DNA of 63,994 nucleotides, filler included, from Bipalium vagum (Eukaryota): NCBI GenBank assembly GCA_037834085.1. It is 3 parts of 3 records of this genome, joined end to end, with 100 filler letters (N's around TTAATTAATTAA, not from the genome) between each part and the next. Parts side by side here need not be neighbours in the genome. Positions count along the whole stretch, not along the records: positions 1 to 28,765 come from JBBMKC010045064.1; positions 28,866 to 46,173 come from JBBMKC010071923.1; positions 46,274 to 63,994 come from JBBMKC010054239.1. One strand, 5' to 3'. Shown piece by piece: positions 23,201 to 54,129 of this stretch (position 1 is its first letter; each line of letters starts with the position of its first letter). The notes under the pieces were generated by a model. It saw only the letters and a program-made list of their open reading frames with translations, ran no database searches and was not told where the DNA came from. The position numbers and the translations under genes were made by a program.

Positions 23201-24652
23201 TCTTTGACTTAACTCAGTAATTTAAAATAGTCATTTTGTAAAAATAGCGACGAAAACTAAAATTTTTAGTTCAAATATGCCTTTGAACCCAAATTTTAAA
23301 ACTATCAGGAGCGTCTTCTATGTTGTCTTGCATTTTTTCTTTGCAGGTTCACTAATAGATAAAATATTTTTTGTTACTCAAAAAAATTTATCGACATCAT
23401 CCTAAAAATAATCTTGGCGAAGAATTTTGTTTTTTTAGACTGTATCCAGAAGCAACAGTTCTTTAATAAATTCCCGTTTTTACACAAAAGAATACTGTGT
23501 TGGACAATGAAAGGAGTAACAAGGATTATGGTAATCTTTCAAATAAGACTCGTTTCTTTCGAAATTCTTATATACATATATACGAATTATTAGGTTCCGA
23601 ACCCAAGATATAAATTCAAATTCCATAAACTAGAATAATAAATATCAATTTTGTTTTTTAGAGATCGATATTATTTCATAATTTTATTAAATGTATACAT
23701 GTTTATGTAATTGTCATGTAATTAAAAGACTCACTGATTGGTTGATAACTATCGTTTTCGAAATCATGTCTGAATCGATAGAGATAGTAACGCGGTACAT
23801 CAGGGCTGATATTGTCTCGTAAATTATCACAATTAAGAGTGGCTTTTGAGGATTCTGATTTGATGGTCTCCTTGTCGATTTCAATTCTCTAAGTAAACCA
23901 ATTACGCAAAATAAATCATGACAAAAGAGTACAAACAAAAATAGACAAAGCATAATTCTACCATCACCACGGCTTATACAATATTTATTTTTCTGATAAA
24001 TTGATAATTTAGGCCAATCTTTTGATATATCTCAGAAGAAATTTTATTTGGTGCCTCAACGAAAGAAATATAAAAGCATTATTGGTAATTGATAATAATT
24101 TATTACAATACAATAAAATGTAACTATGTAAGTTCCATAACTGATTTTTTAAATATTCAATTAAAATTTACTAAAGAATTCAATGAATAAAACTAGATAA
24201 AATCCCTTTCATTTATGGTCCTTATTTTATAAAAAAATAAAGTAAATATCCACCAATAATTAAATTAATCTATAATTCTAATTATAAACTATACAAATTA
24301 TTTTTTTTTAAAAAAATAATAAAAACTTAGTATTATTCTGGTTATTCCTCTTACTAATAAATCAACGATTTTTTTTATAATATTCTGCAAATTATCATTT
24401 AAAAAATCTCATATATAACCAATATCAATAATGATCAAGATAATAAAGATAAAATGGAAAATTGGGTCACATAAGAACAGTCTAAATTTATAAAAATTGT
24501 GCATAAATTAACTCTATCAAACAGCTAATGTTATAAATGTGACTGTTTTGACAATTGTATCGGCGGTTTTGTTGATATATATTTGAATTTCATTAAAAAA
24601 GATTTTTTTCGAAATTTTCTTTGTCTTTTCGACAAAATATATTTTATTATTT

Positions 24653-24683
<31 letters not shown>

Positions 24684-27602
24684 ATTATTATACTAAATTT
24701 TATAATTTAGATGAAAAAAAATTAAAATGAGATAAAAGAATTTAAAGATTTCATGATAAAAAAAAAACAATAATCTCTATGGATTTCATTTATCTATCTA
24801 TAAAAAAAATAATGGATTACTGAAAAATATCATTAGGTTATTTGTTTTGTTTTCAAAAAGTACACAGAAATCAAAATATTATATAGTAAATAAAATTGAG
24901 AAATTCTCAGTGAAATTTTTATATTCATTCTTCGTTTGTAAAAATGCGATCAATGTCTGTATTCATTCAGGAAAAATATTAAAAAATTTGAAAAGTAATT
25001 CATATAAAAACTGCATTTGTTATTTTAGATAAATTTTTTATTTAATTGACAGAATCAATAATTGCCATTTTTCTGACAATTGTTTAAATTATAGTAATTA
25101 GATGAATAGAAATTATTTGATTTATTTATTATATTTGTTATTTAAAATCGTTTATATAATTATTATTAGACTTAGTTGTTGCTAATCAATCAATAAGAAA
25201 AAAATGACATTTAAAAGATCTTAAATAATAAACTATTTAAATAAGCTTAAAAATAATTTTAATTTTAAATAAAAACACCTGTTTTATGAAGTTTAGCACT
25301 TACTCAGTGATTTTTCAATGAAGTATTAAACATTTTCAAAGAAATATAAATTAAAAAATGTCATATATTGATAAATCAACCTTCTAAATAGCTAAAAAAT
25401 TTTCTTTAGACCATGTGGCAGTGTTTACATTCAAAAAAGATTTTTTCCGAACCACTAAATTACATGGTGAATATATTAAATACAATATATTTAATATTAG
25501 GTCACAATTGAGTTAAGAATTGATAAATACTATTTCTTGTTACAGTTAACCTGATTTCCTAAATTCAATGTGTACATTTCATAGATACAAAATTAAATTG
25601 TTGTCACCAATTAATTTAAGAAAATACTGTACAATAGAAGTCAGAGATCAATTTTTTATTTTTAATAATCCGTTGTTATTTTAATGATTAATTTTTTAAG
25701 AAATCAATACTAAATTCTGAATATTTTTTAAATTCTTAGATAAAAATACTAAAACCATGGATTAAATTAAAAATTATTTTTATATAAATGATATGATGTA
25801 ATTATTGCACGAATACTTTTATTAACGATTTCTAAGTTGATTTTTTAAAACCATTAAATCATTTTAGATTATATTATTTTCAATAAGATCTAAAATTTAA
25901 TATATTGATTCATATTAATTCTATTGTAAATTGTACAGAAACATTATGAAGGAATAGTTTTTGTAATATCAAACTGAAGCAATTTACAAATCCTATCGAT
26001 TTTTTCCTAACAATCAATTTTTGAGAAAAATCAATCACAAATTCATTACTAGATCGATTTTTAAAGTATTTGTTAATGAATTCATATAGAGAAATCGATT
26101 AAATTATATATTACCCTAAATATTTATAAAATGAAGTTAATGTTTAGTAATTTGATAATCGAATTCAAAAGCACGTTTATCAAATTATATTATTTAATAA
26201 AATTCAAATTTATCGATTACTAAATTATCTTGATAAATCATAACAAATCATTACCATTTCTAGAAAATCGATTTTTTCTTCCAAAAAATCATTTAAATCA
26301 TTGATTAACTGCTCTGTTGGAGGAAAGCCGTTGCACTTCAATGTCCTGTGTCCGTCCCCAAGAGCAGTTTCTCGCTGAATTGAAAATCACCATTAATCAA
26401 AAATCATTGATTTCAAATAAATATATTTTGGCAAAAAACTGCCTAATAGAAGTCTAATTTTAAAAATATTAGAATATTAAATCAATTTCATTACTGATAA
26501 AAATTGATTGAAATTCGATTTTGACTCTTCGTAAAAATATTGCATAGAGAATATCTAAATCTTTATAAAAGAGAAAAAATTAGATCCAGAAGGAAAAATC
26601 AAAATTTTAAGATAAAATTTTAAAAATATCCATCATAAATTGTAATTTATATCGATTCAAGATATTTGATGTCGAATCAATAATACCAATAACACTCAAA
26701 ATTATCGATTGAAAATAAGTTTTAAAAATAGCTAAGCGAACTTTAGTCGTTTTTAAATTAAAGTCAATATGACTCTTCTATGACCAAAAGACAGTTAAAC
26801 TCTGAATAAATAATGGTATGATAATGGTACAAGCTTGTTAGTCAAACAGAAGACAGAACAACGAGTTTCATAAATAAGTTGAAATGAAAAAAATCATCAA
26901 TCATGTAATAAAATTAAAACAAACTAACTTCGTTTTTCTTGATTTCTTGTAATTCTTGTTCGGCCTGAGTCAACGGAGGCGGAGCAGACTTGGCTTGGAG
27001 GTGCCTTACATAACCGCAATACATTAAATCATTCTATCATCACAAATGACATGAGAATATTTTGAGAAAATCATACTTTATCAGAACCGGTTAAATCTTC
27101 AGAGAAATAACTCTCACCGAACTCTCTTTTCATTGTCGATCTAGTCGAGGCATACAACATTTTTTCTCTGATCTATAAAATATATAGACTATATTATGAT
27201 AAAATTAGTTCATACAGACGCTCTATCAGGAACCCAATGGAGAAATAGCCATTCAAATCCTAAGCTTGTAGAATTATCAGTGCGGTATAGAATATAACAG
27301 CATTCATCATCTTTTAAATATTTTTCAATACACCTATCGTAATCCGTTTCAAAGCTTCCCATTGATAAATCCTGATTCTTCATCACTAACGATTCATTAT
27401 CGATTTTTACTTGCATACACCTCATGTTATTTTCTTTAGCACATTTAATATCATTTGTCAACTTAATTGAAGCTATAAAATAATAAAATCAATTAATACA
27501 CACATATATATATATATATAAGAATTTTTCATTAAACATTACATATACATATTAATAAATAAATTTTAAAAACATACATTTGATTCCACTTGCATGGGTC
27601 AT
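17300..27602 (-). CDS. TWF: Twinfilin (two ADF-H domains plus C-terminal tail); exons 27602-27578, 27472-27216, 27172-27077, 27033-26929, 26374-26255, 23888-23735, 22015-21894, 17446-17300
   Basis: MTHASGIK; CYILYR...EWLFLHWVPDRAS-IREKMLYASTRSTMKREFG; APPPLTQAEQEL; PRYYLYRFRH; FIYNMPGFSSSVKERMLYSSSK; IHPP...KITKPPGPSNRGPRRL; all GT-AG and in phase. Confidence 0.95.
19040..21410 (+). mobile_element. Penelope-like element 3' fragment (GIY-YIG endonuclease) with inverted pseudo-LTR copy, interrupted by a Merlin element
   Basis: KFRCHGCGHLYIG/ETQRHLKTQISEH...SKVLDH at 19650-19780; 19045-19210 is an inverted copy of parts of 21154-21410. Confidence 0.75.
19907..21137 (-). mobile_element. Merlin (IS1016/IS1595-like) DNA transposon, decayed
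   Basis: TIRs GGATCATG.TT..., 8-bp TSD AAAAATTA on both sides, subterminal AAAAGAGACTTGA repeats, WRCYTKNC..SIRRKSFFE and HRTVNHKMNFVD...AHT motifs. Confidence 0.85.
22900..23520 (-). mobile_element. Highly decayed LINE RT N-terminal fragment
   Basis: Weak remnants resembling KA.G.D and DNYRPISLL blocks. Confidence 0.25.
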
Positions 27603-27999
27603 TTTAACTAACTTCCTTCGTTAATAAATTTTTAAAAGGAAAAATAATTACTTGATGTAGAAAAACAAAAAAAGATTATAAATTTATACTATTCAATTTT
27701 TTAAATATAAAGAATTTTCCTCATTTATAAAATTGGACATTAGAAATTTTATATTAAATGAAAATTATTAATTTTGTTATTTTTTAGGCTTATCGGGCAT
27801 ATGATTGATCAAAATTTTTAGTAAATTTTTTTAAAATATATGTAAAAACAGTAAAAACATTTTTGATTGAAACACCAGTCTTGATTTTTAAATCCAAGAT
27901 AATTCTTATATACATTTTTAAAAATTCTAGCAAGTTTTCAAAAAAATTTAATAAAAAAGTATTTAATTCATGTACCGTATTCAATGAAAATCTGACAAA

Positions 28000-28505
28000 A
28001 ACTGATAAACAGTAAATTTTTTATCTTATGTTTATGAGCAAGTAAAAACAGTCCTCTTCAGTGCTTAAATTTTTTATTGTACCCAAATTTCAATAAAAAT
28101 TTATTTTAAATATTTATAATAAATTACATTTTCATCAGCATTAAAAAAAGATTCCCAGATATTGTTCTTTTTTTACCAGATACATTCAAAAAAAAGTTCT
28201 TGATGATTATAGTATTTGCATACTTTTATTCAACCAAAAGTATGCAAATACTAAGATTTAGGAGTATTTCAGATTATGACCTTCAAAAAATGAATTCATC
28301 TTGATTGAGATGCTTTTTCGATATTTATTGATGCTACATCTGAATCTCATTTTATTAAATTCTATTTTTAGAAACTGTTTGCAAGTTCCACAAATTTTTG
28401 CAATGGACAAGATATTTTTCTTTATTAAAAATTCCACGCTTTTTAACTCATTAAATAACATCTCTTGAACTTCTAGTAGTGGAGAAAAATCTATATAATA
28501 ATAAT
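28000..28505 (-). mobile_element. Merlin-type transposase N-terminal fragment
   Basis: KICGTCK...RFRCS..YRKSISIKMNSFFEGHNL zinc-ribbon pattern. Confidence 0.65.
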
Positions 28506-28580
28506 TGTTGGGTTTACCCAAGACATCCCCCGTGAAAATAAAACCAAGGAAAATCATGAAAAGGGTTTAAAAATAATAAA

Positions 28581-28611
<31 letters not shown>

Positions 28612-28675
28612 ATTAAAGTTAATTAACAATTGAAAAACAATTAAAAATTCCAAGATATTTTTATTTTGAAAATAC
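28506..28675 (+). mobile_element. 5' end of a second copy of the 4495-5461 LTR family, followed by unrelated TG-starting sequence at 28676
   Basis: tgttgggtttacccaagacatccccc...ttattttgaaaatact matches tgttgggattacccaagatacccc...ttattttggaaatact. Confidence 0.8.
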
Positions 28676-28765
28676 TGTAAGTGTTTGCTTCGACGCTTAC
28701 TGCGAGATCTAATCTCGAAAATATAAAAATGCTAACTCTATTAATATAGGTTAGAACTGGGCTCA

Positions 28766-28865
28766 NNNNNNNNNNNNNNNNNNNNNNNNNNNNNNNNNNN
28801 NNNNNNNNNTTAATTAATTAANNNNNNNNNNNNNNNNNNNNNNNNNNNNNNNNNNNNNNNNNNNN
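28766..28865. other. Artificial assembly spacer
   Basis: N44-TTAATTAATTAA-N44, which places stops in all six frames. Confidence 0.98.
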
Positions 28866-29107
28866 AATAATTATATTATTTAGTATTATTTAAAACAATT
28901 ATAGTAATAATTATATTAATAACTAAATATAATTATAAATATTATATATATATGTTATATTTATATATTATATTTTTTATAATATTATTAGATATAACAA
29001 TTACAGAATTTAAATATAAAAAATAAATTGTCAAATTAGAAATTTTAAAATTACAAAGCTTATATATTTATATAAAACCGATATCATTATAAAAAATCCA
29101 ACATTAG

Positions 29108-45837
<16,730 letters not shown>

Positions 45838-46096
45838 GTAACATTTGGATCTTTTAAAAACTTTATCATTGTTTAAATTTATTATTTATTTGTTTATAAA
45901 AGTATTTAATGATTTCAGATGAAAATTATTATTGTGATTCCTTTAAAGATATTTATCACATTTACTTGTACTAATAATAATATTGGATTTTTTTGACATT
46001 GCAAAACACGTGAATCCTAGATTTAGAGATTACAAAAAGTTTAATAATAATGTAATTAATTAAGAAGTACTTTTTTAAAAAACTTTATATATTATG

Positions 46097-46173
46097 TACA
46101 CTACCGCTCAAAAGTATTAGGCAGGTACTTGAATTTTTAAATATAATACAAATAGATCATTTTCATAAGGATT
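46097..46173 (+). mobile_element. Tc1-like TIR start at contig end
   Basis: TA-CACTACCGCTCAAAAGTATTAGG. Confidence 0.55.
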
Positions 46174-46273
46174 NNNNNNNNNNNNNNNNNNNNNNNNNNN
46201 NNNNNNNNNNNNNNNNNTTAATTAATTAANNNNNNNNNNNNNNNNNNNNNNNNNNNNNNNNNNNNNNNNNNNN
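46174..46273. other. Artificial assembly spacer
   Basis: N44-TTAATTAATTAA-N44. Confidence 0.98.
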
Positions 46274-47559
46274 ATTGGTTATCCTTTGCTGTGCAATTAA
46301 TGTTTAAGCTAAATAATTTATTTTAAAGGTTAATGTCAATACATAATAAAGTTTACTATTTTATTTAAATTGTCACCAGATTATTAATCAAACTGATTAA
46401 GTAAAAATAAACAGCGAGAATTAATGCAACTACCCAATAAATAAAAAGAACCAGAGAACCTTTAGAAGTAATCATTGATTAATAAGTTAATAAAATTTTG
46501 TTCTTGTCAAGTTCTTATTTGATTCATTTTGCCAAAGGGATTTTGTTTAAATGGTGATTTCAGTTAAACTTCATTAATCATGAGAACCGGTAAAAATAAG
46601 AGAAAACAAATTAGTATATTTTGTATCCGATGCATTATAATTAATTAATTATGAGATTAATTTTAAAAAAGAATAAAATATTCAACATATAAGGAATTTG
46701 TGAATTAAAAGTTAAAAGAATGAACACGAATAATTTTATTTATTTATCATGGCTGTCCTTAAGTTTTGGCTATGGGTGCACACAAACATACAATAATAAA
46801 ATATTATGTAAAACAAACGTCTATATTTAGATACTAAGAATTATAATTTTTATATTTATTTATAAATATAATATTTAAAAAACAATCTATTTTTCTTATT
46901 ATGATATTTATCATTTTGCTTTTTTTAATATATCTTGAAATGATTATTAAATAATCTAAAAAGTTTAACTAACTGATTGAAAACGCTTTCAGAAATATTA
47001 TTTATATATGTCAATTTAAAACATTATATTTTAAATCTTTCAACATGAAGTTGAGTACTTTTATAATAAATTATTTTTAGTACAATAATATTAAGTTTTA
47101 ATAATACTGATGCAATTTTTTTCGTTTTATACTACTATGAAAACTTCCTAACACTTAGCTCGTGTTATTACTGAATTTTTCACTTATGTCAATAACGTGT
47201 TGCAATAACTGATTCAAAACAAAAACAATAAAACTTTATTTGATCAGAACAATAGCACATAATCCAAATGAATATCCAAAGATAAACATTTAAAATTAGT
47301 GAAGACTACAAACAAGTGTTTTAACTGTCGAGTGTCATCAACAATAAAAATAAATAATCAATTAGTATGAAAAAAAATCAAATAGTCTATTCAAAAAATA
47401 TATTCCCACTTACAGAAGAATGAATAATTTTAACTATTGATTTATTCTTTTCTTTTATTTAAATATAACTATAACAATGGGAAATCTAATCACATATTAC
47501 ATGATTAATTTTATTTTAAAAATCCAATTTGTTTAGTAAATAAAAAATCAAGTCGTTCA

Positions 47560-48140
47560 AAAAGTATGTTTCCACTTACATTTAGTAGAAATAATTTATG
47601 AATTTCCTTTTATCAATTAATGTACATGTATCCACCATTTCTTAAGCAGATCACCAACTTTCATAACCATGCCTAGAATAAAAGCTCCATATTAAGTTCA
47701 TACCAAGCTTTTGATGTTGCATCATTGAGTTCAGAAATGTTATGGAATTGTCTATTTTCTGAATATACACTCCAAACCAAAGCACTCTACACATTCTTCA
47801 TTTGATTAAGATCGGGACTCTTTCTGCCCAATCTAGTACGGTAATGTTATTTTCTTTAAATTTTGATAAATCTTGCTTAAATACCCACTTATTTCCGCCT
47901 ATAATGGGTCCATTTGGCAGCAAATGAATACATAAAAGATTCTGGTATTTGGATGAGTCAAGGTTGCCGTCAATATAAATAATATCGGTATCCGTTAAAT
48001 CAAAAAGCAACCCAAACCATACACGAGCCTCCTCCATATTGCCTTTTGAGACTCACAACGGTTGCTTTCGCAGGTCGTATACTATAGTTAGTTCAACTAT
48101 TGGGACCATCAAGGTTGAATCTCTTTTCGTCACGAAAGAT
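47560..48140 (-). mobile_element. Tc3/Tc1-like transposase fragment
   Basis: DEKRFNLDGPN, VWFG...IDGNLDSSKYQNLL...WVFKQD...VLDW. Confidence 0.8.
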
Positions 48141-48626
48141 ATATATAATATATAAAATATATTATTAGACTAATTATTTACTAATTAAATACATTTGAAT
48201 ACTGGACATAGTGGATCAAATAATTAAATCCAGTTTGTTATTTCTATTTTTTTCTTCTTTTGTTTGAACACATTCTTAGAATAGTGTGGATTAAGTAGTT
48301 GTCTCCGAGTTATCAAGTTAAGATTGTCCTCCAGCTGAGTTTCCAAAAGTTAATTTTGTATTCTATATTTTTATTTATCATCAAATCTTTAAAATCATAA
48401 GATATTTGAAGCTTAGTTTATTATTAAAGTTTGACATTTAACTTAATTATTTTAATTGCATTGCATTACCTTAGCACTAATAAATTCTAAAATCATGTTT
48501 GTGTATTTCCTAAGAACTTGGCATAAATGAAATAAATTATTACATTATTTTTTAGGGCTTCCAATAAATGAATTTAATATTTAATTCCATTTAATATTAC
48601 TGGGTTAACATCTCAATTAATTTACA

Positions 48627-48704
<78 letters not shown>
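48627..48704. repeat. (TAT)n microsatellite
   Basis: About 25 uninterrupted TAT units. Confidence 0.95.
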
Positions 48705-48705
<1 letters not shown>

Positions 48706-49475
48706 GATATATATTATATTATAGATATAATATAAAAATATAGTTAATTTATTGATCTAAAGTAAAATAATTCAAATTTTAAATAATTAATCGTGTAAAT
48801 GATCAGATTTATATAGTTGAATATTGTCGTAGTGGTAGTGGAGCATGCCATAGGATTCTTGTCTTACATATACCTTTTATGGTACTCTTGGTTCATTAAA
48901 ACAAATTTGAACAATTAGACAATTCCATTTGGTTTTGTAAATTTCTTTTTTTTGAGAAACTGAGACGATTCAATTTTTTGTTGTTCCATAAATATTTATA
49001 ATTTTCCAAAAATTAATTTCAAACATTTTCCATATATTAAATTGTTTAATTATTTTTTATAAATATTTATAGTTACATAAAAATTTTATAATTTAAATTG
49101 AAAAAAAGAATTTATATATTACTTAACTTTTTTATAAATATTAATGTTATAATATGTATAATTATCTAAAGGATCGTGTCTTTATTAATAATTTTTGAAT
49201 GATCGATAAGCAAACAACCCAGTCTTATATAATTTGGACCCGATATAAAGATGGGGGATACAGGTAAAAAAAGAATAATAAGAAAATATGTAATCTGTTG
49301 AGGTTGTAATAATTTTCTTGATTTTTGTCATATTTATAGACTGTGACATAACTAGATAAGAAAGGACAGGCCATCATTGCTAAGCAAGTCAGTAAACAGA
49401 AAATAATGTAAGGGATTGGTACAACCCTTTTTAATTTTTTTAGTTTATGACCATTGTGAGATCAATTGAAATTAG

Positions 49476-49558
49476 TCGGGGGATTTAGCCAGCGGTCAAA
49501 GCAGTCCATGCGCATGTGAAAGGTCCTGGATTCCATTAATTAATCCCGGTATTTCGGA
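49476..49558 (+). repeat. tRNA-derived sequence (SINE head or tRNA pseudogene)
   Basis: GC-rich island with A-box-like TAGCCAGCGGT and a disrupted B-box/T-arm CCTGGATTCCATTAATTAATCCCGG. Confidence 0.5.
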
Positions 49559-51310
49559 TTAATTTTCAACTAATAACCACAATTGGGCACACAGGGTATT
49601 TTAAGATTTTTGTTTCTTTTTTTTTAATTCTGAAGTGATCTTTATTAATTCCAAATAATTATAATAAGAACTTCTTGGTCGTTTGATATACTAATGACTA
49701 ATTTAGTTCATTTCAGATGAGTCGAGATAACAAAATATGTGAATACGATCGCGTTCAATGGGAGAGCATTTAATTCTAATTTTCAAAAATAGTAATTAAA
49801 CAAAATTTATTTAAATAAACAATAAAAAGAAGTCAAATATATTTTTAATGTAACTCTGGTAAAGATATTTTTACAATCTTCTGATTCAGTTATGTTTATA
49901 ATGAGTATAAATTATACATTAAATATCATTTTATATTATAAAAATATTAACTTAAAAGATTCTCGAGAGATTTAATGTCAACCAAGATTCAGAAACAAAA
50001 CTTTTTTACTTATTATTGTTAACTCAGTTTTGTATATGTTACTGAAATATTCTTAATAAAAGGAAAGAATATCTCATTGGAGATTAATCAAAATAAAAAG
50101 ATATTTTAAACTCTTGATAAAACTTACTCTACAGAACAAAACCATAAACATATCAATTATTATAATTAGTGTTAAGGTAAGTTACATGATCCCAGAACAA
50201 TGAATTGTTTCAGATCCCACTGTCAATTAAATTTTTAAAAATAGAACTAATACTTTTAAATAACCCACAATAAAATATTAATAATAGTCAAATTAATTGG
50301 TCTCTATAAAAAGATGTAACAAAAATCTACAAAGTTAAAAAATAAAAACATTGAAAATGAACAGTTTTCAAAAGTTAATAGTCCCCAAAAAAATTAATTT
50401 TATTTTTACATATTAAATATAATTTATTAATTGATCGAATCAAGGTTTTACAGAATTTTCTAATTTTCAACCCGATTTATAATAGTCATTTCTGTTGTAG
50501 ATGTAAAATAATCAGAACCTTTAATTAATAAAGTCAAGTTCATGAAGTAATTCGGATAATTGTCAAGAATAATTAAAATATTCATCACAAGAAATGAATA
50601 AAATTAAAATCATTATTTAACATTTATTTTTTCAAGAGTTTATTATAATTAATAATAAGAAATTTTATTTAAACCCAGTTAAGCACAAATTTCAGATTGG
50701 TTATAAGAATTTCTTGGAAAATATTTCATTTATAATTAAAATATTTCAAATTTGAGAAAATAATAATTACATTATTTATTAAATAAATTTTCTTAATAAA
50801 GTTAAACAATTCACTCACTACAAATTGTTTTTATTTAACTGAAATCTATGTAAACAATAAAATCAATAATATTATTTAAATTAAATGACATAGTTTCTGC
50901 TTAGTTTCAATTTGAATTGGTAGAATTAAATTCAAAATAAAATGATGTGATATAAAAAAATAATTTCTAAAAGTTAGTTTAATTATTTTCGTTATATAAT
51001 TCGTCGATTTTTTATAAAGTATATTAAAAATTTGAATTTATGCAATTTTAAAATAAAAAAAATTTCCTTTTTCATCAGTCAAAATATAAAAATTTTTCAT
51101 TTTCGATGAAAATAATTATGAAAAAAAAATTAGCAATTATTAAATTTAATAAATTATTTACTAATATTTTCAATAAAGTTTGAAACGACTTTTGTTTAAC
51201 TAGATTATAATTTTGAGATGATTTATTTCATTATTACATTTTTTAATTTGTAATTTTTTAAAAAACATTTATATTTATATATTTTGAAATTGTATTCAAA
51301 CTTCTGCAAA

Positions 51311-53428
51311 ATGGATAACATTTGTCGAAATAATTTTGTATTAACAAAATGTACAGTTTGTCATAAAATCACAGAAGAAATTTACGAACATTCAGTATTA
51401 AAAGTTATAATTTGCAAAGTGAGTAATTTTTACTTAATAATATTATTAAAAAATAATTATTTAATTCACAATAAATACAAATTATTATTTAATCCACATT
51501 TTATTTTTATACAAATTTTTAATTACGTCATAAAATTGTAAACACAAATTTTCGTTCATTTTAACCATTGTGTAAATCTTGAAATTATTCTCAAGAAAGA
51601 TTAATTCCTTAAAGATCGGCGGTTAATTAAATTCATATATTGACTATTATCGATTTGTTTTAAATTTACAATTCATAAAATGGTTATCAATAAGAAGAAG
51701 CCATAAGGAAATAGACGGACTGTATACAATTCCAAATGTCAAAAAAGGATTTACTTTTCTCCTGTATAAGGCGAGATCATTCGTGAATTAATAGACAACA
51801 AAGTGTTGAGAATTTATTGGTCCTATCTGAAATGTTTGGATCCTCAAATGAGGGGTTTTGTTTTACTGCTCAAATAATGAATTCACAAAAACTGTCACTT
51901 TTTTAATTATGAAGATTTCAATAATTTTTGTCTTAAATTGTACAAAAAATTATCGCTATCATAAAGCTAACATAACACGTTATATATCTAGGGCTGTTTT
52001 GATGAAGTAAATCCGATTTTGGCCGATCTGGGAAATCGTTGTTACTGGTGTACACAAGAACGAGAATTATTGCAATGTGTACAATGCCAGTATCAATGCT
52101 GTTACGAATGTATCAATACCAATCTTGGTACGGATTACATAAACATTCTCAATGAAAAAAATTGGATGTGTTTCGTTTGCGACTCCAGTCCCATTGAACA
52201 TCTTCAAAACGAGTTTCTTCAACTGAACGAAATTCCTGTGAACGAAATCCCGGCTCTTTCACCGGAAGGCGCGGGTTCTTCTGGAAATATTTGTTCTCCA
52301 TACGTAAATATAAATAAAAATGACGATTCTTTTAAACGAACCAATCGCCGAAAATCCACAACGTCCCAGGATCTGGATTCGATTTTGAATATGTATGAAA
52401 AACAGATCCAGGCCTCATTGGAACTTGACGATGCCAATGTTCCGGCAATCATCAATGAGATCAAATCGATCCAGACCGATCAGCTGTCGGCGGCGATCAA
52501 TTCGTTCAAAAAATGTCTGTCAGCGTTCACGAGCGATTTGAACAATCTGGAATTGCGCGTTGCCCAAGCCAAATCGTCCAATAATCAGATCACTCTGGCC
52601 AAATTGACGTCTCTGTTACAGATTCTCGTTCAGCATCACATTTTCAATCGACTATCCCATCCGAAATCGCGGATTCGTGACGAAAAACTCTTATCGTCTT
52701 CGGCCAATGGCGATCCGAGTAATGTCGTAATAATTCCCCCTGTACCGAATCAGAGTCAGAAAATGGTTCTTATTATGGATCAAAATTGGTTGAAAGACCC
52801 GAACAAGTTCCAGGTGACCCTTGAAAAAGTCGCCATCGATCTCAACCAATCGAAACCTCTTTCGGAGAACTTTACCATGAAAGACTTGTCCAAAGTTCTG
52901 GAGAGTAATAAAAGACACCACAGCATGAGCACCATCGACCAGAACAAACAGAACCAAAAATCGGGACTGAAAGATTCAAACAGTCCCGACGGGAACTCAT
53001 CGATATGCTCGTCTTCTAAGAAACAGAAACGCATGTTCGACCAGGAGTCCAACGAATCGTCGAGCGAATTAAAAATCAGTCGCCAACGACGATCTCTAGT
53101 CGTTCCGTCGTGGTTAAACGATTTCAAAGTGGAACGTGAATACGCCAATCAGCTCTATGACGATACCCAGGAAACTGACGACCAGGACTGGACCGACTAC
53201 CGTATTAAGATGTTCCGAAACGGTTTGCAGCGGAAACGAGGCAGACCGCCGAAGTCCCCCAGTTTTCAGCGTCTCATGTCCTCAAATTTAGAACTGGACT
53301 CTAGCACGACGCTGAAGCGCGGTCGTGGTCGTCCAAAGAAAACCGAAACACTCAACGACAAACAGCCTCGGTATTACATCCCAAAACTGAACGGGGACGC
53401 TCTGCAGTCCATTGAGTACAATATTTGA
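51311..53428 (+). CDS. Stand-alone ATRX-type ADD-domain protein with helical mid-domain and two AT-hooks (about 514 aa; exons 51311-51418, 51992-53428)
   Basis: CTVCHK...IYEHSVLKVIICK|GC (GATA-like finger) plus CYWC..LLQCVQC..CCYECINTNLG...WMCFVCDSSPI (PHD); RKRGRPPK and RGRGRPKK; stop at 53428 with no SNF2 domain. Confidence 0.88.
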
Positions 53429-54129
53429 AAATCGATTTTTATTATCTTGTTGATGTTATTGAAACTTTGTTTGTCTGTTGTCGTTATCGTTTTGTTGTAC
53501 ATTTTAGAACAAAAATATATTTTATGTTGAATTTCTTTCGATTTTTATTTGATCCTCAATGACGTTCCTTTTTTCTCAAACTGTTGGTTTTATTTTAAAA
53601 TACAAAATTCAAACAAAAATAAAATACATTGTTTTAATAGACAAGGGTCTAACGTTGGGCTATCGTTTGAATTCTACTTTATCCCGTTCTGTAGTTTAAA
53701 AAAACTTCGTCAGTTCATTGTGAAGAAGCACCGTCCTCGGAAAAATGTGAGATTTAGATAAACAAATGAAAGTCAGAAGGTGCGATCTGGCGAGTACAGT
53801 CACATACAACAAATGTTCGTCGTTAAGAATTGCCATTGATTTCAATGAAATATGAGGCTATGTATTAACTGCTTGTAATAAAACCTTTCAATTTATTAAA
53901 GAAGAATATTTTGTTGTCAAGACTTCATGCAATCTCTTCAATTGTGCTGAATAAGTGTCTCAGCTTAAACTAGTATAAGCGAATTAAGTAAGATCACTGC
54001 CTAATTGTTTAGGAATTAAAAATATATATAAATTATTTTATTACCACATACACAAAGTTACTCAATTATCACTATTTTGTTGCATATCCTCTCGATTTTA
54101 TGATTACATGTACTCTTAGAGACATTGTT

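Noticed and set aside
28810-28821. Palindromic TTAATTAATTAA within N runs (also 46218-46229)
   Set aside because: Identical padding in both gaps; a six-frame-stop assembly linker, not biology
52219-53148. Minus-strand ORFs overlapping the ADD gene (likewise ORFs at 58892-59390 overlapping its paralog)
   Set aside because: Expected shadow ORFs in GC-richer exons; no motifs
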